DNA of 24,291 nt from a virus (Duplodnaviria > Caudoviricetes), in the IMG/VR virus record IMGVR_UViG_3300037419_000644, positions 1 to 24,291 of that record; one strand, written 5' to 3'. Positions 1 to 9,552 of this stretch are shown piece after piece. How positions within the stretch are numbered: the stretch's first letter is position 1; the number at the start of each line of letters is the position of its first letter. The notes below the pieces were generated by a model. That model saw nothing but the letters and a program-made list of their open reading frames with translations. It was not told the DNA's origin and did no database searches. The translations under genes were made by a program, and so were the position numbers.

Positions 1-279
1 GGTGGGTTAGGGTTTGAAACAGATTTGGAATTAATGGATGATTTGATCTTCCGAAAGTTGACAACTGTTGTCTGTCTTTCGGATCATACCGATTATGAAC
101 ACGGCGATTTTATCCTATTTGATGGTGGTGTCTTACCAGAACAGGCTATATGTTTGTTCAAGATGACAAAGGGGGAAGCAATTATTTTCCCGGCATTCAT
201 GATGCATAAAGTAAATCCAGTAACTTCTGGAAAGAGAATTTCTTTAGTAAATTGGTTTTGTGGGCCTAGGTGGCGATAA
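1..279 (+). CDS. 2OG-Fe(II) oxygenase (PKHD/prolyl-hydroxylase type), C-terminal part, truncated at window edge
   Basis: Frame is open from base 1. Motifs RKLT..V.LS..DYEHG.F and G.AIIFP.FMMHKV.PVTSG.R.SLV.W (distal His plus R-x-S) are typical of phage 2OG-Fe(II) oxygenases. Confidence 0.85.
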   Translation, partial: GGLGFETDLELMDDLIFRKLTTVVCLSDHTDYEHGDFILFDGGVLPEQAICLFKMTKGEAIIFPAFMMHKVNPVTSGKRISLVNWFCGPRWR

Positions 280-283
280 ATAA
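276..283 (+). promoter_or_regulatory. T4-type late promoter candidate (GATAAATA)
   Basis: ATAAATA overlaps the oxygenase stop and is directly followed by SD AGGAGG. Confidence 0.55.
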
Positions 284-289
284 GGAGGA

Positions 290-553
290 ATGATGAAAAT
301 AGATTATACTTTGATCGGTGTAGAGGAATTTCTTGAGCATCTCCACCTGAAAGTGGAATACCGCACTGAGAATGCTAAACTTATAAAATTGGTATATATT
401 CCAGCCGGTACAACTGATTTCAATAAATTGGCTGAGATGCATATCCCAAAAGCCGAAATGAAAATATATTCGAATTTTGCGAAAACCAAAAATAAAGATG
501 GTTCTTTTGAACTTGAGGATAATAACCAAGGAGAACTCCTCCTAGAAGGATAA
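290..553 (+). CDS. hypothetical protein (87 aa)
   Basis: Strong SD AGGAGG just upstream; fills the gap between neighbours; no recognisable motif. Confidence 0.65.
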   Translation: MMKIDYTLIGVEEFLEHLHLKVEYRTENAKLIKLVYIPAGTTDFNKLAEMHIPKAEMKIYSNFAKTKNKDGSFELEDNNQGELLLEG

Positions 554-556
554 GAA

Positions 557-883
557 TTGGCCGCATATACTGAATTTGTTATTGATGCGAATTCTGATTT
601 TAGTGTCACCATATCATTAACAGATAATAACGGTGATATCGTAAATCTGACTGGTTATTCGCTTGCTGGCACCATAAGAAAATCGTTTGATTCGGAATTG
701 TCATTTTCATTCAATGTCACAACTGCGAATGCGAACACTGGCAACGTGAATGTTGCTTTACCTGGATATGTTTCAGCAAACATGGATCCAGGAAAATATT
801 CGTTTGATTTGAATATCTATAATTCCAATTCTTGTATTAGAATATTGGAAGGTGTTGTAACTATTACTCCAAGTGTATTTTAA
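557..883 (+). CDS. small beta-rich virion structural protein (possible fiber anchor), TTG start
   Basis: Pattern 'IDANSDFSVTISL..NG.IVNLTGYS..GTIRK...G.V.V.L...S.NM.PGKY.FDL...RILEG.VTITPSV' resembles small structural ORFs placed before fiber genes in T4-like phages. TAATG overlap with the next gene. Confidence 0.7.
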   Translation: MAAYTEFVIDANSDFSVTISLTDNNGDIVNLTGYSLAGTIRKSFDSELSFSFNVTTANANTGNVNVALPGYVSANMDPGKYSFDLNIYNSNSCIRILEGVVTITPSVF

Positions 884-3822
884 TGGCTGATAATATTAAA
901 GTTACTATAACTGGTAATCCTCCTCTTGTTGTATCTGGTGTGACACAGGGTGTTGCCGCAAATGTCTTGCCAGCATTCAATCAAGCTAATTCAGCATTTT
1001 CACAAGCCAATTCCGCTAATTCCCAGGCCTCGGCTGCTTTTAATCAGGCTAATGGAGCTTGGTCGGCCGCCAACACTGGTATCGCAATTGCCACTCAGTC
1101 TGGAAATCAAGCTAATTCAGCATTTGTAGAAGCTAATGTTGCAAACACAATCTCTGTTCAATCAGGTAATATTGCGAATGTAGCGTTTTCTACAGCCAAT
1201 GCCGCATATTCTTCATCTAATACATCTAATACTATAGCAATACAATCTGGGAACCAGGCTAATTCCGCATTTGTTGGTGCAAATATTGCCAATTTAATTG
1301 CCATACAGTCTGGTACTGTGGCAAATTCAGCATTTGCAGCCGCTAATACAGCAAATATTATTGCCATCCAATCTGGTAATCAGGCCAATTCCGCCTATAT
1401 ACAAGCTAATACATCAAACAGCACTAATGGTTTTGGTTATATTGCTGCCAATGCCGCTTTTGCTCAAGCCAATAGTTCATGGACGACGGCAAATACTTCC
1501 AATATTATTGCCATTCAATCTGGTAATCAGGTTAATTCTTCCTTTTCTGCCGCCAATACAGCAAATGCAAGAGCAATTGGAGCATTCGCTCAAGCTAATG
1601 GTGCTTGGAATAGTGCCAATACAGCGAACAACATTGCCTTGCAATCTGGTAATCAATCCAATTCTGCATTCTCTGCAGCCAATACCGCAAACTCTATTGC
1701 CATTCAATCTGGTAATCAGGCTAACTCCGCCTTCGTGGCAGCCAATACAGCCAATACCATTGCAATTCAATCTGGATCACAAGCTAATTCTGCCTTCACT
1801 GGTGCCAATACAGCAAATAGTATTGCTATGGGAGCATTTTCTCAAGCCAATAGTGCATGGACAACAGCTAATACCGCTAATACCATTGGAATACAATCTG
1901 GTAATCAGGCAAATTCGGCATTCAGCCAAGCTAATACTGCGAATGCAACGACCGGTTTGGGTTATATTTGGGCAAATTCTGCATTCAATCAAGCCAACGG
2001 TGCATTCGCTAGAGCCAATGCTGCTTATGCACAAGCTAATACTTCTCCTGGATCCAATACTAATATTATATTTAATGATAGCGGTGTATATGCAGGATCC
2101 AATAATACATCATGGAATAAAGCAAACAGTTCGCTTCTAATTTCTGGTAACACATACACTACAGAAATTGTAGTCGGGGATAATGTTGCATGGTCAAAAA
2201 TCCCTTCATGGAAGTATGATTTCCGTTCTGAAGTTCTTCCTTTTGGATCAACTTTTACAAGAAATTCAATAGCCACATATTATGCTGCAAATGGTCAGAT
2301 GATGACTGTTAGTGCAAATGTAGCGCGGTTTGATCATAATCCAATTGATGGTTTACCATTTGGTTATCTAGCCGAAGTGCAGAGTACGAATGCTGTAACA
2401 TATTCTGCCGACCGCACCCATTGGACAGTGAGTATTACAACCCTTTCAACTGATGGGACGCTTGCTCCAGATGGTTCATTAGCCACACTTGTTACTGCCA
2501 ATTCTGGTGCCGGAAAACACTATGTTGCCAGCGGTCAGGCATCTGGTGCTGGTTCTACACTTCTTGGATTAAGTATTTTCGTCAAGCAAGGAAGCACTCG
2601 CTATGTCTGTCTTGCTGAAACACAGGATAGTATCAATCACGCTGGCACCTTCGATTTTCAAACTGGTGTATTTGTCAATGCTGGTCAGGGGATATCAAAT
2701 CCCACTGCCAGACAACTTGCTAATGGATGGTGGCGCTTATCGTTTCAGATGACGGCTACCAGCACAAGTACAACAACTCAGCTTTCAGTTTCACCTACAA
2801 CCAGTAGCACAGGTACAGCGGCAGATAATACTTACACTGCAATTGGTAATGAAACTGTTTATGTCTTTGGTTTCCAGAATGAAGCAAATGGTGTAGGAAC
2901 TACAACCTATATACCAACTGCTGGTAGTGCCGTCACACGCTTGTCAGATGTACTCACATTACCTCTAACATCTCTACCTGGATGGAGTTCTTCTATTGGT
3001 GGTATGTTAGTTTGTACTTATCGTTTACATTCCCGCGCAAGAACTGGTGTTGTTTCTTCGATTGTGGATAGCGGTGCTGGCGCTAATGCCGTTTTGTTAT
3101 ATGAATACTTTGGTGGAGCGGCATTCTCAAGATTTAATACATTTGCCTCAGGAAACATTGCCCAATTGGGTGGTCCTGCCTCTCCTGCACAATTCGTGCG
3201 TAGAAAGATATCAGTAGCATGGATGGTTGGGCGCCAACAGATTGCTCATGATGGTATACTCGATGCCACAAATGGCGGTCAATCTACTGCATTACCGTCC
3301 TCTCTTGTCAACCTTAGAATCGGAACAGATGATGGAACTAATAGTCTCTGTGGTACCATCGAAAGTATTGCTTATTATATGGGCAATAAGACAGACAACG
3401 AAGTACAATTCACAAGTGCCAATGGCACTGTCTTAGGATCAACTGTTACCTACCTCCATGATCAACTAGAAATTATTGGTTCAACTGCTCAATCAGCATT
3501 CTCTCTTGCCAATTCTATGTCAGTTGCTGCCAATACAGCCAGAATCAACATTCAAACTGCAAATTATACGGTTTCGAATACAGATTCGGGCTCTATCATT
3601 GTCATGAATAGCTCCAGCAATCTAAATGTTACTGTACCATTTCTTTCTACTGGTATGTTTGTTCGCATCATCCGTGGTGGGTCCGGTACTGTCAATATCC
3701 AAAATACAAATATTGTGATGAATTCAACTAATACCGGAAATACCTTGATTACCAAGCAATATGCGAGTGTTACCTTACTTGTTTGGAATGCAAATACGGT
3801 TATTTTGGATGGTAGTGTATAA
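883..3822 (+). CDS. fiber protein at the fibritin/wac position: N-terminal AN-heptad coiled coil, central lectin-like/head-spike-fiber-like domain, C-terminal beta domain
   Basis: 979 aa. About 350 aa of ANSAFxx/ANTANxI/AIQSGNQ heptads; central 'TFTRNSIATYY..NG...VSANVARFDHNP..G...GYLAE.QSTN' and 'TTYIPTAGSAVTR.SD.L' motifs seen in phage fibers; immediately upstream of gp13. Confidence 0.75.
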   Translation: MADNIKVTITGNPPLVVSGVTQGVAANVLPAFNQANSAFSQANSANSQASAAFNQANGAWSAANTGIAIATQSGNQANSAFVEANVANTISVQSGNIANVAFSTANAAYSSSNTSNTIAIQSGNQANSAFVGANIANLIAIQSGTVANSAFAAANTANIIAIQSGNQANSAYIQANTSNSTNGFGYIAANAAFAQANSSWTTANTSNIIAIQSGNQVNSSFSAANTANARAIGAFAQANGAWNSANTANNIALQSGNQSNSAFSAANTANSIAIQSGNQANSAFVAANTANTIAIQSGSQANSAFTGANTANSIAMGAFSQANSAWTTANTANTIGIQSGNQANSAFSQANTANATTGLGYIWANSAFNQANGAFARANAAYAQANTSPGSNTNIIFNDSGVYAGSNNTSWNKANSSLLISGNTYTTEIVVGDNVAWSKIPSWKYDFRSEVLPFGSTFTRNSIATYYAANGQMMTVSANVARFDHNPIDGLPFGYLAEVQSTNAVTYSADRTHWTVSITTLSTDGTLAPDGSLATLVTANSGAGKHYVASGQASGAGSTLLGLSIFVKQGSTRYVCLAETQDSINHAGTFDFQTGVFVNAGQGISNPTARQLANGWWRLSFQMTATSTSTTTQLSVSPTTSSTGTAADNTYTAIGNETVYVFGFQNEANGVGTTTYIPTAGSAVTRLSDVLTLPLTSLPGWSSSIGGMLVCTYRLHSRARTGVVSSIVDSGAGANAVLLYEYFGGAAFSRFNTFASGNIAQLGGPASPAQFVRRKISVAWMVGRQQIAHDGILDATNGGQSTALPSSLVNLRIGTDDGTNSLCGTIESIAYYMGNKTDNEVQFTSANGTVLGSTVTYLHDQLEIIGSTAQSAFSLANSMSVAANTARINIQTANYTVSNTDSGSIIVMNSSSNLNVTVPFLSTGMFVRIIRGGSGTVNIQNTNIVMNSTNTGNTLITKQYASVTLLVWNANTVILDGSV
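973..2040 (+). repeat. coding tandem repeat, 21-nt heptad units organised as a 63-nt (21-aa) super-repeat
   Basis: Recurring caatctggtaatca(g/a)gc.aattc.gc.tt units encoding QSGNQANSAF. Confidence 0.9.
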
Positions 3823-3825
3823 ATA
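3818..3825 (+). promoter_or_regulatory. T4-type late promoter TATAAATA
   Basis: Exact T4 gp55 consensus, 16 nt before the gp13 ATG, followed by SD GGAG. Confidence 0.8.
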
Positions 3826-3841
3826 ATATTTCGGAGATTTC

Positions 3842-4807
3842 ATGAAGCATATCACAACCAAAGCCGATTTCATCAAATATTGCAAGAGACAACTGGGTTT
3901 TCCAGTAGTCCAAATCAATGTGTCTGATGAACAAATTTCAGACCGTATTGATGAAGCTCTTGGTTTGATGCAGGAATATCATCCTGACGCCACTCAGAAG
4001 ACCTATGTTAAATACCAGATTACCCAACAGGATATGGATAATCGTTACCTCGACATGAATAGAGCCTCTGGTACAGCAGACATCGAATCTGGTTCTGTCA
4101 ATGTTATTGGTCATGGTACCTCTTTCCCAGAAGATACCCAGCTTGAAGACACTTTGATCAAAATCAATGGAGAAACAAAAGAAGTTATTTCTGTATCAAA
4201 TACTACATTCTTGACTGTCAATTCGGCTTTCTCATCCACTGCTACGAATCAATTGATAACCTTCCCGAACACTTACAGATTCTATAACGTTATCAAGATT
4301 TTCCCTATTGGTGACTCTATTGCATCTGGGTCCTATATGTGGGATTTGAACTACCAAATTCGCTTGAATGAATTGTATGATTTCACAACTACATCATACA
4401 TTCCATATGAAGTCACAATGCAACATTTGCGTACTATCCAGATGTTATTCGTTGGCGACTCCGAGATACGTTTCAACCGTCGCAACAATCGCCTTTATCT
4501 TGATATCAATTGGCAAGGAAGCATTAAACTCAGTGTCGGAACCTGGATGGTGATCGAAGCTTATCGCATCTTGACACCTGACATGATGCCAGAATTGTGG
4601 GATGATTGGTGGTTGAAGAGATATGCTGTTGCCTTGATTAAGAAACAATGGGGATATAACACCAAGAAATATAAGAACATTGCTCTTATTGGAGGTGTAA
4701 CCATGTCCGGTCAGGAATTATATGATGAAGCGGTAAAAGAAGTAGAAGAATTGGAAGATCAATTGCGTGACAATTTGCAACCGCCGCCTCAATTTTTCGT
4801 AGGATAG
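3842..4807 (+). CDS. gp13: neck protein gp13 (with a ~65-aa inserted domain)
   Basis: YCKRQLG.PVVQINVSDEQI.DRIDEAL...EYH.D; IRFNR.NNRLYLD..W; W.D.WLKRYA.ALIKKQWG.N.KKY....L.GGVT..G; ends PPQFFVG. Confidence 0.95.
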   Translation: MKHITTKADFIKYCKRQLGFPVVQINVSDEQISDRIDEALGLMQEYHPDATQKTYVKYQITQQDMDNRYLDMNRASGTADIESGSVNVIGHGTSFPEDTQLEDTLIKINGETKEVISVSNTTFLTVNSAFSSTATNQLITFPNTYRFYNVIKIFPIGDSIASGSYMWDLNYQIRLNELYDFTTTSYIPYEVTMQHLRTIQMLFVGDSEIRFNRRNNRLYLDINWQGSIKLSVGTWMVIEAYRILTPDMMPELWDDWWLKRYAVALIKKQWGYNTKKYKNIALIGGVTMSGQELYDEAVKEVEELEDQLRDNLQPPPQFFVG

Positions 4808-4808
4808 T

Positions 4809-5675
4809 ATGCCGACTAATAACTTTTTTCAAGATTACTCCATTGGAAGCCAGGAATCCAGCCTGGTAGAAGACCTTATTATCGAATCTATACAAATACA
4901 TGGTGTAAACGTGTATTACATACCTCGTGAGTCGGCCACAGGTAATATTGACAAATTATATGGAGAAGATACTTTATCTAAATTTACACAAGCCTATCAT
5001 ATGGAAGCTTATGTTGAGTCAACAGAAGGCTTCGATGGACAAGGAGAATTCTTATCTAAATTTGGTCTTGACATGAACAACCAGGCTGAATTGATAGTGT
5101 CAATTCGTCGGTTCGGGGAAGCAACAAGCCAACAATTCGTTAGACCACGTGAAGGTGATCTTGTCTATCTTGGCTTTAAACCAAATCTATTCGAAATCAA
5201 ATATGTCACTGACAAGACAGAATTCTTTCAATTAGGTAAGCTATATTTCTACAAGCTTAGACTTGAAGCCTTCCGTTATGGAAATGAAAGCATTGATACT
5301 GGAATCACTGATGTTGACGATATTGGCCGTGAAGTAGGCTTTAGAATCGCTTTTGTTCTCGGATCGGGTTCTGGTAATTACCAGATAGCGGAACAAGTCT
5401 ATCAGGGCACAAGTTTTGCAACTGCGACGGCGGTTGCCGACGTAGCATCATGGGATCATCCAACTAAAGACCTTCAAGTCATTAACATTGTTGGTGAATT
5501 TGTCGCAAATACAAATATTGTTGGGGTTGTTTCTGGAGCATCATACCAGTTGACTTCATATGATGATATGCAAGATGAAAATGGTGGATTGATTGTTAAT
5601 CAGGAAGTCAATGATGAAGCTAACACAATCATTGATTTCTCAGAGGAAAATCCCTTCAGCGAGAATCTTCCATGA
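4809..5675 (+). CDS. gp14: neck protein gp14
   Basis: E..LVEDLIIESIQIHG..VYYIPRE; DKLYGED..SKF; EGF.GQGEFLSKFGL; RPREGDLVY; FFQLGK; DFSEENPF. Confidence 0.95.
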   Translation: MPTNNFFQDYSIGSQESSLVEDLIIESIQIHGVNVYYIPRESATGNIDKLYGEDTLSKFTQAYHMEAYVESTEGFDGQGEFLSKFGLDMNNQAELIVSIRRFGEATSQQFVRPREGDLVYLGFKPNLFEIKYVTDKTEFFQLGKLYFYKLRLEAFRYGNESIDTGITDVDDIGREVGFRIAFVLGSGSGNYQIAEQVYQGTSFATATAVADVASWDHPTKDLQVINIVGEFVANTNIVGVVSGASYQLTSYDDMQDENGGLIVNQEVNDEANTIIDFSEENPFSENLP

Positions 5676-6670
5676 TTTCGAATCTCGATTTTGACAACCA
5701 CTCTATCAGAAAAGCTACTGCTGCATTTGGTGCATTGTTCAATAATATAATCCTGGTTAAACGAGATTCTAATGGGAATGAGTTAAAAAGGGTAAAAATC
5801 CCGTTGGCCTACGGCTCCAAAGAAAAATATCTTGCCATCCTAACAGAAGACCCAGAAAAGAAGCGCGCAACACAATTGCCTGTTCCCAGAATGGCATACA
5901 GTCTTGTTGGTTTGAGCTATGATGCCGGCCGCAAACAGCAAACAATGCTGAAAAACAAGAGTGCAATTGCTGGTAATCCCTTGAAACTGAACACACAATT
6001 CGTTCCGGTGCCATATGATTTGATGTTTGACTTGAACATCATCACAAGAGAAATTTCCGATGGGCTCGAAATTATTGGTAAAATCCTACCATTTTTCACT
6101 CCAGACTACACAGTCAGCATCAAATATTCGGATACAATCGGGCAACAGGCAACAAAAGACACACCAATTATCCTAAGTAATACTACCTTTGAAGATAACA
6201 CAGTTGGTCCATCGGGTGAAGTTCGTCTGATCATTTGGACTCTAAGCTTTATCATGAAGGCATATGTATTCGGCCCAGAAACTTCACAGAGCCAGATCAA
6301 GAAAGTACAAATCAGTTTCTTTAATGATGGTTTGACTCCAACTGATATTACAATTTCTGGTATTCCTGTAACCGCAATAAGCCATCGTGGATCGAACACC
6401 CTCTATACTTCGGCAAATGTGGCTGGTCTTGTCAACGCTAACGATTCAATCATTGTTGATGGAACCACCATCAGAGTAACAGGTGTTTCATCCAACGTAT
6501 TGACAAGCAATTTGATCTTTACAACGGATGCTCAACAATTGTCGCTACAATATAATAATCCAAGTACAGTGATGGTAGCCAGGTATACAGCCGAAGTTAC
6601 ACCAAATACAGCCTTGATTACCGACAACTATGTAATTACTGATTTATTTGAGGATTTTTCCAATGAGTAA
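5672..6670 (+). CDS. gp15: tail sheath stabilizer / tail terminator gp15
   Basis: SIRK...AFG.LFNNI; KIPLAYG.KEKYLA; PRM; YDA.RK; PVPYDL.F.L; D.LEI..KILP.FTPDY; IIWTLSF.MK.Y.FGP. Confidence 0.93.
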   Translation: MISNLDFDNHSIRKATAAFGALFNNIILVKRDSNGNELKRVKIPLAYGSKEKYLAILTEDPEKKRATQLPVPRMAYSLVGLSYDAGRKQQTMLKNKSAIAGNPLKLNTQFVPVPYDLMFDLNIITREISDGLEIIGKILPFFTPDYTVSIKYSDTIGQQATKDTPIILSNTTFEDNTVGPSGEVRLIIWTLSFIMKAYVFGPETSQSQIKKVQISFFNDGLTPTDITISGIPVTAISHRGSNTLYTSANVAGLVNANDSIIVDGTTIRVTGVSSNVLTSNLIFTTDAQQLSLQYNNPSTVMVARYTAEVTPNTALITDNYVITDLFEDFSNE

Positions 6671-7157
6671 TATCAAAAAAAGCCTAGATGATATCTTCGA
6701 AGTCCCACAGCCTGTAATAACGGAGGTTTTTGATGATGAAATATCAATATCGCCACCGACAATCATTGGAACACCGCAGGAAGCTAGACCGATATCTAGT
6801 TCATACTACACGGAAGAAAGACCAGAAGAAATTGAAAACCAGGATGAAGATTTTAGAAAGGCTCGCAAGAATATTCGCAATATCGTGGATAAAGGCGACA
6901 CTCTTCTAAAAGGCATCATGGACGTTGCTTCTGAAACCGATAAACCAAGTGCTTATGAGGCTGCCGCTCTCATAATGAAAACTCTCATGGAGGCAAACAA
7001 GGATTTGATCGACATCCATGAGAAAAACAAGAAATTCAAAGCATTACCAGAAAGCAATTTACCAGTTAATAATGGCGATATCAATGTCAACAATGCTGTG
7101 TTTGTTGGCAATGCTACGGATTTGCTGAAGAAAATCAGAGAAGTTAAAGAGGATTAA
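6663..7157 (+). CDS. gp16: terminase small subunit gp16 (start moved to ATG 6663)
   Basis: D.DF..AR.NI..I..KG...L..I..VA.ETD.PSAYE; NNAVFVG..TDL. SD GAGGA at 6650-6654; position before gp17. Confidence 0.9.
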   Translation: MSNIKKSLDDIFEVPQPVITEVFDDEISISPPTIIGTPQEARPISSSYYTEERPEEIENQDEDFRKARKNIRNIVDKGDTLLKGIMDVASETDKPSAYEAAALIMKTLMEANKDLIDIHEKNKKFKALPESNLPVNNGDINVNNAVFVGNATDLLKKIREVKED

Positions 7158-8812
7158 TGTCTAAAAAGAATTCTGGTGTACGTGGAAATAAACAACTTGT
7201 AAATCCAAATGAAATTCATGGCTATACTCTAACCGAAGTCGAAGAATTTGCTAAATGTGCATCTGATCCGGTCTATTTTGTCAAAACTTATATGAAGATC
7301 AGAACTGCCGATGGTCAAGTTATCCCATTTACTCTATGGCCATGGCAGGAGGATTTGCTCAGACTTTATCATGAAAATCGTTTCGTAATCAGTCGAATCG
7401 CTAGACAGTCTGGTAAGACTTCGGTTTCTATTGCATATTTCTTGTGGTTGGCTCTATTCCATGAACAGAAGTTGATTGCCATTCTTGCCAACAAGGCTTC
7501 TACCTCCCGAAGTATTCTAGCACGTATTCGTCTTGCCTATGAACATTTGCCGAAATTTCTACAACAGGGTGTCATCACATGGAACAAGGGTGACATTGAA
7601 CTTGGTAATGGATCTAAAATCTTCGCTTATTCAACCTCTGCCGAATCAGTCCGAGGCGAAACCTTCTCTGCTATCTTGCTTGACGAGTTGGCATTCGTTG
7701 AACCAAATGTGGCTGAAGAATTCTATACCTCGACTTATCCAGCCATCACAGGTGGTAAAGACACGAAGATTTTCATTGTTTCTACTCCTAATGGAATTGG
7801 TAATCTATACCATACTATGTGGGTCAAAGCGGAGACCGGTAAATCAAATTTCAAACCATTCACTGTCAACTGGTGGGATGTTCCAGGTCGTGATGAAAAA
7901 TGGAAACAAGAAACCATTGCCAATACAAGTGAACGTCAATTTGAACAGGAATTCAACATCGAATTCCTTGGTTCTGCCGATACATTGATCTCGGGCCAAA
8001 AACTCCGCTTGCTACAAGGTATTGATCCGGTTGTCACAAACCAAGATGGACTTGCCATATACGAAGAACCAATTGAAAAACATCAATATGCTATCACAGT
8101 AGACGTAGCAAGAGGTGAAGGCCAGGATTATTCTGCATTTACCGTATTCGATATTACAACGATTCCTTACAAGATTGTTGCTCGTTTCAGGAACAACAAG
8201 ATTGATCCAATCGTATTTCCCAATCATGTATTTACAGTTGGCAATCGCTATAATGAAGCATTCGTATTGGTTGAATTAAATGATATTGGAGCCCAAATTG
8301 CCGATATTCTTCATTATGATCTAGAATATGAAAATATGTATTATTCCTCACCTAAAGATCATCTCGGAGCACTAACAGTTGGCTCGACAAACGGCCGATA
8401 CAATTATGGTCTAAAAATGTCGGTCAGTTCAAAGAAAATTGGTTGTGCAAACTTGAAGGCGCTTGTTGAAGACGACAAATTGACAATCCCAGACTGGGAA
8501 ACCATCAAGGAATTGGCTACATTCGTGCGTCATAACAACACCTACAAAGCTCAAGAAGGTATGCATGACGACTTGGCAATGACATTGGTCATGTTTGGCT
8601 GGCTTGTCGCCCAGAAAGAATTTAGAAATACCTCTGAAACAGATATTTTCAAGCATCTTAGTGGTACCGAAGAAGAGGTGCCTAACCCAATCGTATTCGT
8701 GGATGAAAACGTTTATCCTATTTTGTCAGCAAAATCAGGTAAATTTGCAGAGAAAACCTCCACTGAGGTCTGGGTAACCGTGGATACAGAAGATAATAGC
8801 TGGTTCCGATAA
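7157..8812 (+). CDS. gp17: terminase large subunit gp17
   Basis: KCASDPVYF; Walker A ARQSGKT; Walker B ILLDELAF; coupling motif STPNG; nuclease VDVARG and HDDLAM. Confidence 0.98.
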   Translation: MSKKNSGVRGNKQLVNPNEIHGYTLTEVEEFAKCASDPVYFVKTYMKIRTADGQVIPFTLWPWQEDLLRLYHENRFVISRIARQSGKTSVSIAYFLWLALFHEQKLIAILANKASTSRSILARIRLAYEHLPKFLQQGVITWNKGDIELGNGSKIFAYSTSAESVRGETFSAILLDELAFVEPNVAEEFYTSTYPAITGGKDTKIFIVSTPNGIGNLYHTMWVKAETGKSNFKPFTVNWWDVPGRDEKWKQETIANTSERQFEQEFNIEFLGSADTLISGQKLRLLQGIDPVVTNQDGLAIYEEPIEKHQYAITVDVARGEGQDYSAFTVFDITTIPYKIVARFRNNKIDPIVFPNHVFTVGNRYNEAFVLVELNDIGAQIADILHYDLEYENMYYSSPKDHLGALTVGSTNGRYNYGLKMSVSSKKIGCANLKALVEDDKLTIPDWETIKELATFVRHNNTYKAQEGMHDDLAMTLVMFGWLVAQKEFRNTSETDIFKHLSGTEEEVPNPIVFVDENVYPILSAKSGKFAEKTSTEVWVTVDTEDNSWFR

Positions 8813-8831
8813 TAGGTAACAATTGAATGGG

Positions 8832-8839
8832 TATAAATA
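8832..8839 (+). promoter_or_regulatory. T4-type late promoter TATAAATA for the HNH gene
   Basis: Exact consensus in the gp17-HNH intergenic region. Confidence 0.8.
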
Positions 8840-8841
8840 GT

Positions 8842-8896
8842 ATGGGTCGCGAGCGCCAACTCCACCCATTTCTATAACAATAAGAGGTTACCCATG
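8842..8896 (+). promoter_or_regulatory. structured 5' leader of HNH endonuclease gene
   Basis: ATGGGT/ACCCAT stem, CGC/C internal loop, GAG/CTC stem with CGCCAA loop, then a TAAC/GTTA hairpin with the purine-rich SD in its loop. Confidence 0.6.
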
Positions 8897-9508
8897 TTAC
8901 AGCGTTCAGATATATTTATTGAGTCTAAATATGTTAAATGGTATTTTGAGTTAATGGAAAAAGCAAGATACCAACCACCTATAAAAGGTCAGACAGAAAA
9001 ACATCATATTATTCCAGAAGGATGTGGTGGTGAAGATAAAATGGAAAATAGGGTAAATTTGACATATCGACAACATTACATTTCTCATATGCTTTTGGCA
9101 AAAGCCGATTATGTCGAATCATCTTCTAAGAGAAAAATGGTTCAAGGATTTCTTGCATTGGGCCGATTTCGTAAGTTAGATTGGTGGATTAATAGAGATA
9201 GGAATGGGTGTAAGACAAATTTACATGCTCAATTGAAAAAAAATCTCAGTTGCCACATTCGAGGTGAAAAAAGTGTGGTTTTTGGTCAAAAATTCTCTGA
9301 AGAGAGAAAACGACTCCAAAAAAATGGATTAATTGGGAAATCATCGTCTGGTGAGAACCATTATCTTTATAAAAAGAAAATGTCCGAAGAACAAAAGAGG
9401 AAGATAAGCCAGACACTCAAAAAGTATAGTTTCACAGAAGAACATAAAAGGAATATCAGTCTATCAAAAATTGGTCGTCCTCGAAAAGTGAAACTCTTAA
9501 AGTCCTAA
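8894..9508 (+). mobile_element. free-standing HNH homing endonuclease (Mob-like) with NUMOD3-like repeats
   Basis: KY.KWY..L...A; EKHHIIP.GCGG.D..EN.V.LT.RQH...H.LL; C-terminal SEEQKRKIS / TEEHKRNIS; AT-richer than flanks. Confidence 0.9.
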
Positions 9509-9511
9509 ATA
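9504..9511 (+). promoter_or_regulatory. late promoter variant CCTAAATA upstream of gp18
   Basis: CTAAATA about 40 nt before the gp18 ATG; the same octamer precedes gp22. Confidence 0.65.
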
Positions 9512-9552
9512 TACAATAGAATTCAAAATTTTTACTCCAAAGGAGTTTTTAT

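Noticed and set aside
973-2040. CRISPR-like or non-coding repeat array
   Set aside because: The repeats vary at third codon positions, keep frame and have no unique spacers; they are protein heptad repeats.
1298-2140. 280-aa alternative-frame ORF and several minus-strand ORFs in the fiber gene
   Set aside because: By-products of the repetitive Ala/Asn codons; low-complexity translation and no RBS.
6785-6800. CTAGA-ccgata-TCTAG inverted repeat in gp16 as a possible pac site
   Set aside because: Short stem expected by chance; no supporting evidence.
8842-8896. tRNA or tRNA fragment in the endonuclease leaders (also 20972-21029)
   Set aside because: No cloverleaf, no GTTCRA T-loop, no acceptor stem or CCA.
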